Part shown: one piece after another, positions 1 through 6,991 of the stretch | Position numbering within the stretch: the first letter of the stretch is position 1 | How the letters are laid out: every line of letters starts with the position of its first letter | Assembly (NCBI GenBank): GCA_963664775.2 | Contig: CAXXMP010000001.1 | Coordinates: 328,105-352,104 of the forward strand | DNA: 24,000 nt | From: an uncultured Pygmaiobacter sp. | GTDB taxonomy: Bacteria > Bacillota > Clostridia > Oscillospirales > Ruminococcaceae | Direction of reading: 5' to 3' | Notes under the pieces: generated by a model | What the model saw: only the letters and a program-made list of their open reading frames with translations | Databases searched by the model: none | Told to the model about the DNA's origin: nothing | Translations under genes and position numbers: made by a program

Positions 1-87
1 GCGCTGGATATGTTGCGCCGTTTGCTACAGGGGCTGCCGCTGCCCGACACCCGTTGCTTTGGCCGGCACGATTTGCAGGATTTTTAA
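1..87 (+). CDS. C-terminal fragment of an unidentified CDS entering from upstream
   Basis: Frame 1 is open from the window edge (ALDMLRRLLQGLPLPDTRCFGRHDLQDF*) to TAA at 85-87, and a strong terminator hairpin follows at 134-167. It is too short to identify. Confidence 0.3.
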   Translation, partial: ALDMLRRLLQGLPLPDTRCFGRHDLQDF

Positions 88-133
88 GTGGCAGTAAAAG
101 ATGAAGTGCCCCTACATTGCAGGGTAAAAAGAG

Positions 134-167
134 GCCCGGTTTTGCAGGTGCTGCAAGCCGGGCTTTT
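134..167 (+). terminator. Intrinsic terminator after the upstream CDS
   Basis: Nested hairpin GCCCGG-t-TTGCAG-gtg-CTGCAA-g-CCGGGC followed by TTTT. Confidence 0.6.
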
Positions 168-210
168 AGTCTAGTTAAAGCGGGCGGTTTCGCCGGAGAG
201 GAACCCACTC

Positions 211-771
211 ATGAAAAAGCTGCAATACAATTCGCCGGTCATTCTCAGTTTCTTTTTGCTCTCACTGCTCTCGCTGGGGCTGGGGGCTGCCACAAACGGG
301 TGGACAACGCTGCATCTGTTTTCAGTGTACCGCGCCCCGCTCAGCGACCCGCTGTTTTATCTGCGGCTGTTTGGGCATGTGTTGGGGCACGCAAATTTTA
401 CGCATTTTTTGGGTAACATGCTGTTGTTGCTGGTCGTGGGCCCGCCGATGGAAGAAAAATACGGCAGTAACACGCTGCTGCTGGGCATGTTGCTCACCGC
501 GCTGGTGTCCGGCGTGCTGCAATGCATTCTTTTCCCCGGGGTCGTGCTGCTTGGGGCTTCCGGTTGTGTGTTTATGCTCATCATGCTCTCGTCACTTGCC
601 GGTATGCAGGCGGGGCGCGTCCCGCTGACCTTGCTTTTGGTGGCGGTGCTGTATCTCGGGCAGGAGGTTTACTCCATTTTATTTGTACAGGACAATGTCG
701 CGAATTTTATGCATCTGGTGGGCGGCGCCTGTGGTACGGTATTGGGGTTTGCGATGGCAAAAGCAAAATGA
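211..771 (+). CDS. Rhomboid-family intramembrane serine protease
   Basis: 186-aa polytopic ORF with RBS GGAGAGGAA upstream of the ATG. It has the rhomboid HxxxxHxxxN motif (GHVLGHANFTHFLGNM), the catalytic GxSG (LLGASGCVFML) and a downstream helix His (MHLVGGACG). Confidence 0.85.
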   Translation: MKKLQYNSPVILSFFLLSLLSLGLGAATNGWTTLHLFSVYRAPLSDPLFYLRLFGHVLGHANFTHFLGNMLLLLVVGPPMEEKYGSNTLLLGMLLTALVSGVLQCILFPGVVLLGASGCVFMLIMLSSLAGMQAGRVPLTLLLVAVLYLGQEVYSILFVQDNVANFMHLVGGACGTVLGFAMAKAK

Positions 772-781
772 AAAGTGAACA

Positions 782-825
782 AAACGCCCTTCTGTGCAAA
801 TTGCCGTTTGCACAGAAGGGCGTTT
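782..825. terminator. Long-stem hairpin terminator after the rhomboid gene
   Basis: Perfect 19-bp inverted repeat AAACGCCCTTCTGTGCAAA / TTTGCACAGAAGGGCGTTT with a 6-nt loop, starting 11 nt after the stop codon. The T tail is short. Confidence 0.6.
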
Positions 826-1006
826 GTCTGTAAAAAGAAATTTTAAAGTTTGTTTAAACCTTACTGGCATTAAGATGCCCGGCAAGCAAATAAAAGGCGC
901 CAGTAGCTTTCAGGTAAAACAACTGATATTGTGTGCCGCGTTTAAAACTAGGGTACGCAGCTTTTTTGTGGGTGCCAAGTTTCTCATGCTTTACGACCCT
1001 AGGCAT

Positions 1007-1057
1007 AACAACAAAAATCTCTTGTGTTTTTGCACAAGAGGTTTTTGTTGTTGTTTT
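1007..1057. terminator. Bidirectional terminator-like hairpin in the intergenic island
   Basis: 20-nt arms AACAACAAAAATCTCTTGTG / CACAAGAGGTTTTTGTTGTT (one G-U position) with loop TTTTTG. The core stem CTCTTGTG/CACAAGAG is flanked by an A-tract on one side and a T-tract on the other, so it can terminate on either strand. Confidence 0.45.
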
Positions 1058-1130
1058 GCTATGCGCAAAATGCACAAAATATAGATGCTGATGCGACAAA
1101 AAGGTTGACAGAGTGGAATGTCATTAGACA

Positions 1131-1149
1131 TGGTTTACTATAAACTACG
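1131..1149 (+). repeat. Left copy of a perfect 19-bp inverted repeat (TGGTTTACTATAAACTACG)
   Basis: Exact reverse complement of 1494-1512. An AATGTC motif lies just outside both copies. The core contains the half-palindrome GTTTA-N3-TAAAC. Confidence 0.9.
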
Positions 1150-1193
1150 CTTTTTCTATTAAAAGCCCAAGCTTCAACACGATTTCTGATTTT

Positions 1194-1217
1194 TTGACGG
1201 CGCTATCGACGGCGAAT
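1194..1217 (+). repeat. Two tandem 12-bp units TTGACGGCGCTA / TCGACGGCGAAT
   Basis: Read directly. The GACGGC cores are at 1196 and 1208, and the cluster is related to the one at 1303-1338. Confidence 0.8.
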
Positions 1218-1302
1218 GAAAATTTTTGCGCTTTTTTGAAAGTGCGGCAGATAATTTTTTGCTTTTATGTGGCTATTTTTTCATTTGAAAAAATGAAATT
1301 TT

Positions 1303-1338
1303 TTGACATTTTAATTGACGGCTGGATTGACGGCGAAT
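1303..1338 (+). repeat. Three tandem 12-bp units TTGACATTTTAA / TTGACGGCTGGA / TTGACGGCGAAT
   Basis: Read directly. The GACGGC cores at 1317 and 1329 are each exactly 121 bp downstream of the cores at 1196 and 1208. Confidence 0.8.
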
Positions 1339-1422
1339 ATGGAACAGTTTATATGAATTAAGGCAATTAATTTTTAACAAAATTGCCAAAACAGTGTAAA
1401 AAGAATATCAATTTTGTATTGC

Positions 1423-1451
1423 TTGACAGTTTGTTGTGACTGATATATAAT
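1423..1451 (+). promoter_or_regulatory. Consensus sigma-A/sigma-70 promoter directed at the MCP gene
   Basis: TTGACA (1423-1428), a 17-bp spacer and TATAAT (1446-1451), with an A/T-rich UP-like tract upstream. The predicted TSS near 1458 gives a ~165-nt leader. Confidence 0.75.
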
Positions 1452-1493
1452 CGAAAATGTCGAAATATACAAATTTGGGTGGCAATTAGGTGT

Positions 1494-1512
1494 CGTAGTT
1501 TATAGTAAACCA
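1494..1512 (-). repeat. Right copy of the perfect 19-bp inverted repeat
   Basis: The plus strand reads CGTAGTTTATAGTAAACCA, the reverse complement of 1131-1149. It lies 344 bp from the left copy, between the consensus promoter and the MCP start codon. Confidence 0.9.
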
Positions 1513-1625
1513 CGACATTAGTTGAGTCTATATAATTTCTTAAGCATAGCACGCAGGTGACAATAAGTTATAGTATTATGTATTGCATTTGAACAACCGG
1601 ATTGCAAAGAAAAGGATGGCTGAAA

Positions 1626-3365
1626 ATGAAAAAGTGGCTTGAAAACACAAGGATTTCCCACAAATTGCGCTTTGGCTTTTTATCAATCACATTTCTTGGT
1701 GTTCTCATTGGTATTGTTGGCGTCATTGGGATGATGTTGCTATTGAACAATGAAAAAACGACCTATAACAATACCACTCTGGGCTTACAGTATGCATCGG
1801 ATGCCGAGTCTGCATTTGTGCGCGTGCGCAACAAGACCAAAGATTTGTATATTCGATACAGCCAATATGGCAGCAAAGACCTTGACAGTTATCAGGCGGA
1901 AATTGAAAAACAGTTGATGATTGTGGATGAGTCGCTTTCTTCTTATACCGGTACGATTTCAGACGAGCAGGATCAGGCGAATTTTGATAAAGTAGACACT
2001 CTATTTAAAGAGTATAAATCCGGCGTTGACACTATTCTTGCGGCCGTTAACGCGGGTAATACGGCGACATCAGTTCTTGCCAGCATGAACAATATAACCG
2101 ATATGGCAAATAAAACCGATGCCGCATTCGACACCTTGTCAGCGCACATCACGGAGGTATCTGAACAGCAAATGAGCAACGACCAAATAATGGCATGGGC
2201 CTTAATGGGCATTGTTGCCGGGGTTGTGGTGTTGGCTTTTGTAGCAGCTGTTTTGCTGGGGAACCGCATTTCGGATATGATTGCGCAACCGATAGAAGTA
2301 TTTGCCGCATTTGCAAAAATACTGGCGGTTGGCGATGTGGATGTTGGCAAAGTGACAACAGAAAAAGATAGGTCGCTCGCAAAGCGCAAGGACGAGATTG
2401 GCACGCTTGCTTCTTCGTTTGATAGCGTGATAGAAAGCACAACCCTGATGGCGCAACAGACCAGCCGCGTTGCAAGTGGAGATTTGACCGTAGCGGTAAC
2501 GGTACGCTCACAGGAGGATGTGCTTGGCCAGTCGTTACAACAACTGGTTGAAAAAATGCACGACATGGTGGCGGAGATCGCCGCTTCGGCAAACCAGGTG
2601 GATGCGGGTGCAAAGCAGGTGGCAGATTCCAGTGTGGCATTGTCGCAGGGCGCTACCGAACAAGCAAGCTCGGTAGAAGAACTGACGGCATCGCTGGAAG
2701 AAGTGACTGCGCATACCACCCAAAACGCCGAAAACGCGCGGCGCACCGATGAACTGGCGCGCGGGATACAAAAGGATGCACAGACAAGCAGCGACCAGAT
2801 GAAGCAAATGCTTAAAGCGATGGTCGAGATTAACGGTGCTTCCGACAATATTGGCAAAATCATCAAAGTCATTGAGGACATTGCCTTCCAAACGAATATC
2901 CTTGCGCTGAATGCCGCGGTAGAAGCAGCACGCGCGGGGGAACACGGCAAGGGGTTTGCGGTGGTGGCAGAAGAGGTGCGCAATCTTGCGGGGCAGTCTG
3001 CAAAGGCCGCAAACGAGACCTCTCAACTGATTGAAAGCTCGATGCAGAAAGTGGATGACGGCACAAAGATCGCAGATGACACGGCAGAGTCATTGTACAA
3101 GATCGTCAGTGGTATTGGCCAGGCATCCGAGTTGATTGATGCAATCGCCACCGCTACCAATGAACAGGCGGCGGCGCTTGAGCAGATCAACCAGGGCGTT
3201 ATGCAAATTTCAGATGTAGTGCAAAACACCGCAGCGGCAGCAGAGGAGTCTGCGGCGGCAAGTGAAGAACTGTCTGGTCAGGCAGACAGCTTGAAGCTGG
3301 GGGTCAGTGCTTTTACACTGCAACAAAAGGACCTGCAGCCCGAGCAACAGATTGAAAGCGCTTAA
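1626..3365 (+). CDS. Methyl-accepting chemotaxis protein (two TM helices, sensor domain, HAMP, MA signalling domain)
   Basis: The ORF track gives 1602-3365. I prefer the ATG at 1626 (MKKWLENT), which is preceded by AAAGGA. TM1 is [22 protein letters not shown], a ~170-aa extracytoplasmic domain follows, and TM2 is [23 protein letters not shown]. The highly conserved MCP hairpin core is [37 protein letters not shown]. Confidence 0.93.
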   Translation: MKKWLENTRISHKLRFGFLSITFLGVLIGIVGVIGMMLLLNNEKTTYNNTTLGLQYASDAESAFVRVRNKTKDLYIRYSQYGSKDLDSYQAEIEKQLMIVDESLSSYTGTISDEQDQANFDKVDTLFKEYKSGVDTILAAVNAGNTATSVLASMNNITDMANKTDAAFDTLSAHITEVSEQQMSNDQIMAWALMGIVAGVVVLAFVAAVLLGNRISDMIAQPIEVFAAFAKILAVGDVDVGKVTTEKDRSLAKRKDEIGTLASSFDSVIESTTLMAQQTSRVASGDLTVAVTVRSQEDVLGQSLQQLVEKMHDMVAEIAASANQVDAGAKQVADSSVALSQGATEQASSVEELTASLEEVTAHTTQNAENARRTDELARGIQKDAQTSSDQMKQMLKAMVEINGASDNIGKIIKVIEDIAFQTNILALNAAVEAARAGEHGKGFAVVAEEVRNLAGQSAKAANETSQLIESSMQKVDDGTKIADDTAESLYKIVSGIGQASELIDAIATATNEQAAALEQINQGVMQISDVVQNTAAAAEESAAASEELSGQADSLKLGVSAFTLQQKDLQPEQQIESA

Positions 3366-3415
3366 AATAGGCACGGAATAGAAGTGGCAAATTCTACTAT
3401 TCCGTAGTTTCAGCA

Positions 3416-3447
3416 AAACAGGGGGCACCCGGCGCCCGCTGTTTTTA
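3416..3447 (+). terminator. Intrinsic terminator between the MCP and HD-GYP genes
   Basis: GC-rich hairpin AACAGGGGGC...GCCCGCTGTT followed by TTTTT. A second hairpin lies upstream (ACGGAATAGAAG/CTACTATTCCGT, 3373-3405). Confidence 0.6.
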
Positions 3448-3462
3448 TAGGAGAGTCACAGC

Positions 3463-4104
3463 ATGCAAGCTGATTTTTGCACCGAGATTGATCTGCCGCA
3501 GGAAATTCGCGGCTTGCCCCAAAACCTGATTTGCCATATGGTCAATGTCAGTATTTATGTGCGAAAAATGTCGCAGTTGATGGCAGAGTGTCAACATTTT
3601 TCTGCTGACCCGCAGGCAACCCAATTTCCGCTTTTTGGGCGAGCGGCTTTTTACCATGACATCGGTAAAATATGGGTACCACGTGAGATTTTAGTAAAAC
3701 CGGCGCGGCTAACAGAGGAAGAAATGGCTGAAATGCGCAGGCACCCCATTTATGGCCTGCGACTTTTGGCGGCGTACCCTAAAGAAGAGGTACCTGGCCT
3801 GCCGCAAGAGCTGTTGCCGCTGATCCACGATGCGGTGGGTTATCACCACGAATGGTGGGATGGCAGCGGGTACCCCTTTGGCTTATGTGGGGAAGAGGCA
3901 CCGCTGATTGCCCGTGTGACGGCAATTTGCGATGCGTACGATGCGATTACCGGTACACGGGCTTACCGTACAGGCCAGCCGCACGAGGTAGCCTGCGCAG
4001 AGCTGAAACGGTGTTCCGGCACCCAGTTTGACCCGCGTCTGGTCGACATGTTTCTTGCACATGAGGCCGAGTTTACCGGCCTTGGCAGGCGTGTTTGCAC
4101 CTAG
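3463..4104 (+). CDS. Stand-alone HD-GYP domain protein (putative c-di-GMP phosphodiesterase)
   Basis: 213 aa with RBS AGGAGA. It has the HD motif (FYHDIGKIWVP) and the GYP motif (HHEWWDGSGYPFGL). There is no receiver or sensor domain N-terminal to the HD domain. Confidence 0.88.
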   Translation: MQADFCTEIDLPQEIRGLPQNLICHMVNVSIYVRKMSQLMAECQHFSADPQATQFPLFGRAAFYHDIGKIWVPREILVKPARLTEEEMAEMRRHPIYGLRLLAAYPKEEVPGLPQELLPLIHDAVGYHHEWWDGSGYPFGLCGEEAPLIARVTAICDAYDAITGTRAYRTGQPHEVACAELKRCSGTQFDPRLVDMFLAHEAEFTGLGRRVCT

Positions 4105-4171
4105 ATGCAAAAGGAATGAAAGAAAGCTATTACAAATGGCCGCAAAGTATTGAAAGAATAACCGCTAAAAC

Positions 4172-4212
4172 AAACTACGCGCAGCCCCTTTTTTTGGGGG
4201 TGCGCGTAGTTT
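4172..4212. terminator. Bidirectional terminator between convergent HD-GYP and eda genes
   Basis: AAACTACGCGCAGCCCC-TTTTTTT-GGGGGTGCGCGTAGTTT forms a 17-bp stem with one mismatch, flanked by an A-tract and a T-tract. Confidence 0.7.
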
Positions 4213-4247
4213 TATAAGGCCGGTAATTATAGATATGCCATGCTCTA

Positions 4248-4883
4248 TTAGCCGCGAATAGCGTTGAGCAACAGCTTGCTGCGGCTGGCGGCTTCCGGCA
4301 GGTGGTCAAGGTCGATGCCCTTGGTCAAATAGCTGCCAATGCCAACGGCATAGGCACCGTTTTCAAACCAGCTGCCAATGTTGGAATAGTCGACACCGTC
4401 GGTTGGCATGAACTCCAAAAACGGCAACGGGGCCTGTACAGCACGGATAAACTCCGGGTTGATTGAGCAACCCGGGAACAGCTTGATCAAATCGCTGCCT
4501 GCAAGATAACTTTGATACGCTTCGGTTGCGGTGGCGGCGCCCATGCTGCACAGCATATCCAGTTGTTTGCAGGCGGCACCGACCTCCGGTAAAATGCAGG
4601 GGCTGGTCACAAAATCCGCACCGCTTTCCCGCGCAGCCTTTGCCTGGCCGGCCGTCAGCACGGTGCCCGCCCCAACCAGTGTTGTCTCGCCAAATTCGGT
4701 TTTTAATTCGTGAATCAGGCGGGGGGCATCTTTTACGGTAAAAGTGACTTCCAGCGCACCAATGCCAGCAGATGCAACGGTATGGGCAACCGCTTTTGCG
4801 GTTTCAAAATCATCAAAACGAATCAAAGCCACACACCTGCCTTTCAATGCGGCCATGGCCTCCTGCTTTGTCAGCGTTTTCAT
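4248..4883 (-). CDS. eda: KDPG / 4-hydroxy-2-oxoglutarate aldolase (Eda family)
   Basis: 211 aa with RBS GAGGAA. It has typical Eda-family motifs (EVTF..., GAGTVLT, VTSP, IKLFPG) and the expected length. Confidence 0.85.
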   Translation of the reverse strand: MKTLTKQEAMAALKGRCVALIRFDDFETAKAVAHTVASAGIGALEVTFTVKDAPRLIHELKTEFGETTLVGAGTVLTAGQAKAARESGADFVTSPCILPEVGAACKQLDMLCSMGAATATEAYQSYLAGSDLIKLFPGCSINPEFIRAVQAPLPFLEFMPTDGVDYSNIGSWFENGAYAVGIGSYLTKGIDLDHLPEAASRSKLLLNAIRG

Positions 4884-5143
4884 TTAGATTCCTCGCTTTC
4901 CGGCGAAAGGGCAATGAAGCGATTCATCCCCTTCGCAAATCATGATAATGTTGCTATTATACACCCAAAAAGCGATAAGAAAAAGTGAAAAACTGTTTTT
5001 TTTACACAAAAAACAGGCGTTTTTGACCTTTTATTGACTCATTTGTGCAGACTTTTTGTCTGCTGTGTAAACAAGCCTTTTGAAGCAGAACAAAAAGTGT
5101 TATACTAAAACAAATCCCTGCCCAGGCAGAAAGGAATTTACAA

Positions 5144-6925
5144 ATGCGTGTAAAAAGAACACTGGACCGCAGTAAATTAATCGCGGCGGCAATGGGCCAG
5201 TTGCCGTGCGACCTGACGATAGAAAACATCCGTTTTGTCAATGTGATGACGGGGGAAATTTACCCCGCCGAAGTTGATGTGCTGGATGGTGTAGTGGTGC
5301 GGGTGCGCGCGAAAGGCGAAAAGGCCCGCCAGATAAGCCGCCAGAGTTATGACGGCGCAAACCGGTACCTTGCGCCCGGTTGTATCGACATTCATATGCA
5401 TGTGGAAAGCACCATGTTGACGCCTGAAAATTTTGGCAAGGCGGCTATTTTGTGCGGCACGACCAGCGTATTTGTAGACCCGCACGAGATCGCCAATGTT
5501 TTAGGCATCGACGGCGTGCAGTTCATGGTCGATAACGCCAAGGCTTCGCCGGTGCGGCAGTTTAATTTGGCGCCCTCGTGCTTGCCGTCGGTACCGGGTG
5601 CAGAGGGCAATGGGGCCGAGTTTGGCCCGAAAGAAATTGCACAGCTGCTCGACACCGATGGGGTGTACGGCATTGCTGAAGTGATGGACTTTTACAACGT
5701 CGTGCACGATTCGGCTAAAATGCATGGCATTTTAAAAGAGGGGCTGGACCGCGATGTGCTGATTCAGGGCCATGCGCCGAAGCTTAGCCCAGCGGAGATC
5801 GCCGCCTATGCGCTTGCCGGCCCGACAGATAACCATAGCCTGCGCGGCAGTGAAGAAGTGGCAGAAAACCTGCATGTTGGGCTATATGCGCATTTACAGG
5901 AAAGCTCACTTTCTACCAACACCATGCCGCAACTGGTCGCCGGGCTGAAAGGCATGCGCTACACCGACCACGTTTGCCTGTGCAACGACGATGTACACGC
6001 CAAAGACCTGCTGGAGACCGGGCATGTCAACCGGCTGATCAAGGCCGTGCTGCGCCAAGGGGTAGACCCGATGGATGCTTTGCGCTGGGCAACTTACAAT
6101 TCAGCCCGCTCGGCCGGGGTAGAGGACATCGGTGCCATTGCGCCGGGCTTTGTGGCCGATATGCAGTTGTTGGATGAACTGGATGGGCGCGACCCTTACG
6201 CGGTGTTTTTTGAGGGCAAGCTGGTTGCCGAGGCGGGGCACCTTGTACAGGCCGCCCCCGCGGCACCACTGCCGGCAACGGTGCTGGGGGGCACCGTGCG
6301 TGTGCAAGGCCTGCACACTGCCACAGACCTTGCCTTACCCGTACCGGCGTGGGCCAAAGACCATGTAAAAGTGGCCGTGCTGGATTATGACACCCCCACG
6401 GCGCGCAGTGATTTGTTTTATGAAACGCTGCCGGTGAAAAACGGCTTTGTCGACCTTAGCGGCCGTGACGATCTGAGCTATATTGCGGTGTGGAACCGGC
6501 ACGGTAGCGGGGAGCATACGGTCTCGGTGTGCCGTAATTTGTATTTAAAAGAGGGCGCCATGGCGACGACAGTCTCGCACGACTGCCACAACCTGACGCT
6601 TTGTTATAAAACCCCACAGGATGGATATGCGGCGGCCCATGCCCTTATTGATTGTGGCGGCGGGTTTTGCACCGTGCGGCGCGGCGCGGTGACCGGCTTG
6701 TTAAAATTGCCGGTTGCGGGGCTGATGAGCCTGCTGCCCTGCACCGAGTTAGTGCCTGCAATTTCAGCGCAAGAGCAGGCGACCGACGAGATTTTTGAAC
6801 GGCCGGGGTACATGATGAAATTATCACTCGTTTCACTCGCCTGTACGCAAAATGCAGTCATCACCGACAAAGGGCTGTTTGATGGCCGTACCCAGCAGTT
6901 TTACCAGCAGTTTATTCAAAAATAA
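5144..6925 (+). CDS. ade: Adenine deaminase (amidohydrolase superfamily)
   Basis: 593 aa with RBS AAAGGAA. The N-terminal metal-binding motif PGCIDIHMHVESTMLTPENF matches the adenine deaminase pattern (xxDxHxHIESSM), and the length is typical of Ade. Confidence 0.85.
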   Translation: MRVKRTLDRSKLIAAAMGQLPCDLTIENIRFVNVMTGEIYPAEVDVLDGVVVRVRAKGEKARQISRQSYDGANRYLAPGCIDIHMHVESTMLTPENFGKAAILCGTTSVFVDPHEIANVLGIDGVQFMVDNAKASPVRQFNLAPSCLPSVPGAEGNGAEFGPKEIAQLLDTDGVYGIAEVMDFYNVVHDSAKMHGILKEGLDRDVLIQGHAPKLSPAEIAAYALAGPTDNHSLRGSEEVAENLHVGLYAHLQESSLSTNTMPQLVAGLKGMRYTDHVCLCNDDVHAKDLLETGHVNRLIKAVLRQGVDPMDALRWATYNSARSAGVEDIGAIAPGFVADMQLLDELDGRDPYAVFFEGKLVAEAGHLVQAAPAAPLPATVLGGTVRVQGLHTATDLALPVPAWAKDHVKVAVLDYDTPTARSDLFYETLPVKNGFVDLSGRDDLSYIAVWNRHGSGEHTVSVCRNLYLKEGAMATTVSHDCHNLTLCYKTPQDGYAAAHALIDCGGGFCTVRRGAVTGLLKLPVAGLMSLLPCTELVPAISAQEQATDEIFERPGYMMKLSLVSLACTQNAVITDKGLFDGRTQQFYQQFIQK

Positions 6926-6991
6926 GCCTGCACCACCCATTGTGGTAGAGGCTATGCCCGCACCCGCGGGACTAGAAAGGAGTGTTTCAAC

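Noticed and set aside
794-1099. Track ORFs 794-1084 (+) and 854-1099 (-) in the rhomboid-MCP intergenic region
   Set aside because: They have no RBS, start inside or read through terminator hairpins, and have Cys/Phe/Lys-rich improbable sequences. I treat the region as non-coding.
1194-1338. Possible CRISPR-like or minisatellite array
   Set aside because: The units are only 12 bp, directly abutting with no spacers, and there are five in total. That is not CRISPR architecture, and no cas genes are present.
1458-1625. c-di-GMP riboswitch (GEMM-I/II) in the MCP leader
   Set aside because: These riboswitches are often found before Clostridial MCP genes, so I looked for the conserved GEMM cores. 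The leader is AT-rich with only the IR-derived hairpin, and I could not find the motifs.
1973-2983. 336-aa minus-strand ORF inside the MCP gene
   Set aside because: It is antisense to a confidently identified MCP. Its Ser/Ala/Thr-rich low-complexity translation is the mirror of the Ala/Glu-rich MCP coiled coil, and it has no RBS.
4884-5143. Purine riboswitch or PurR box upstream of adenine deaminase
   Set aside because: The three-way-junction consensus is not visible. Only small hairpins are present (GCAGAC-TTTTT-GTCTGC, an A/T palindrome). I left the region unannotated.
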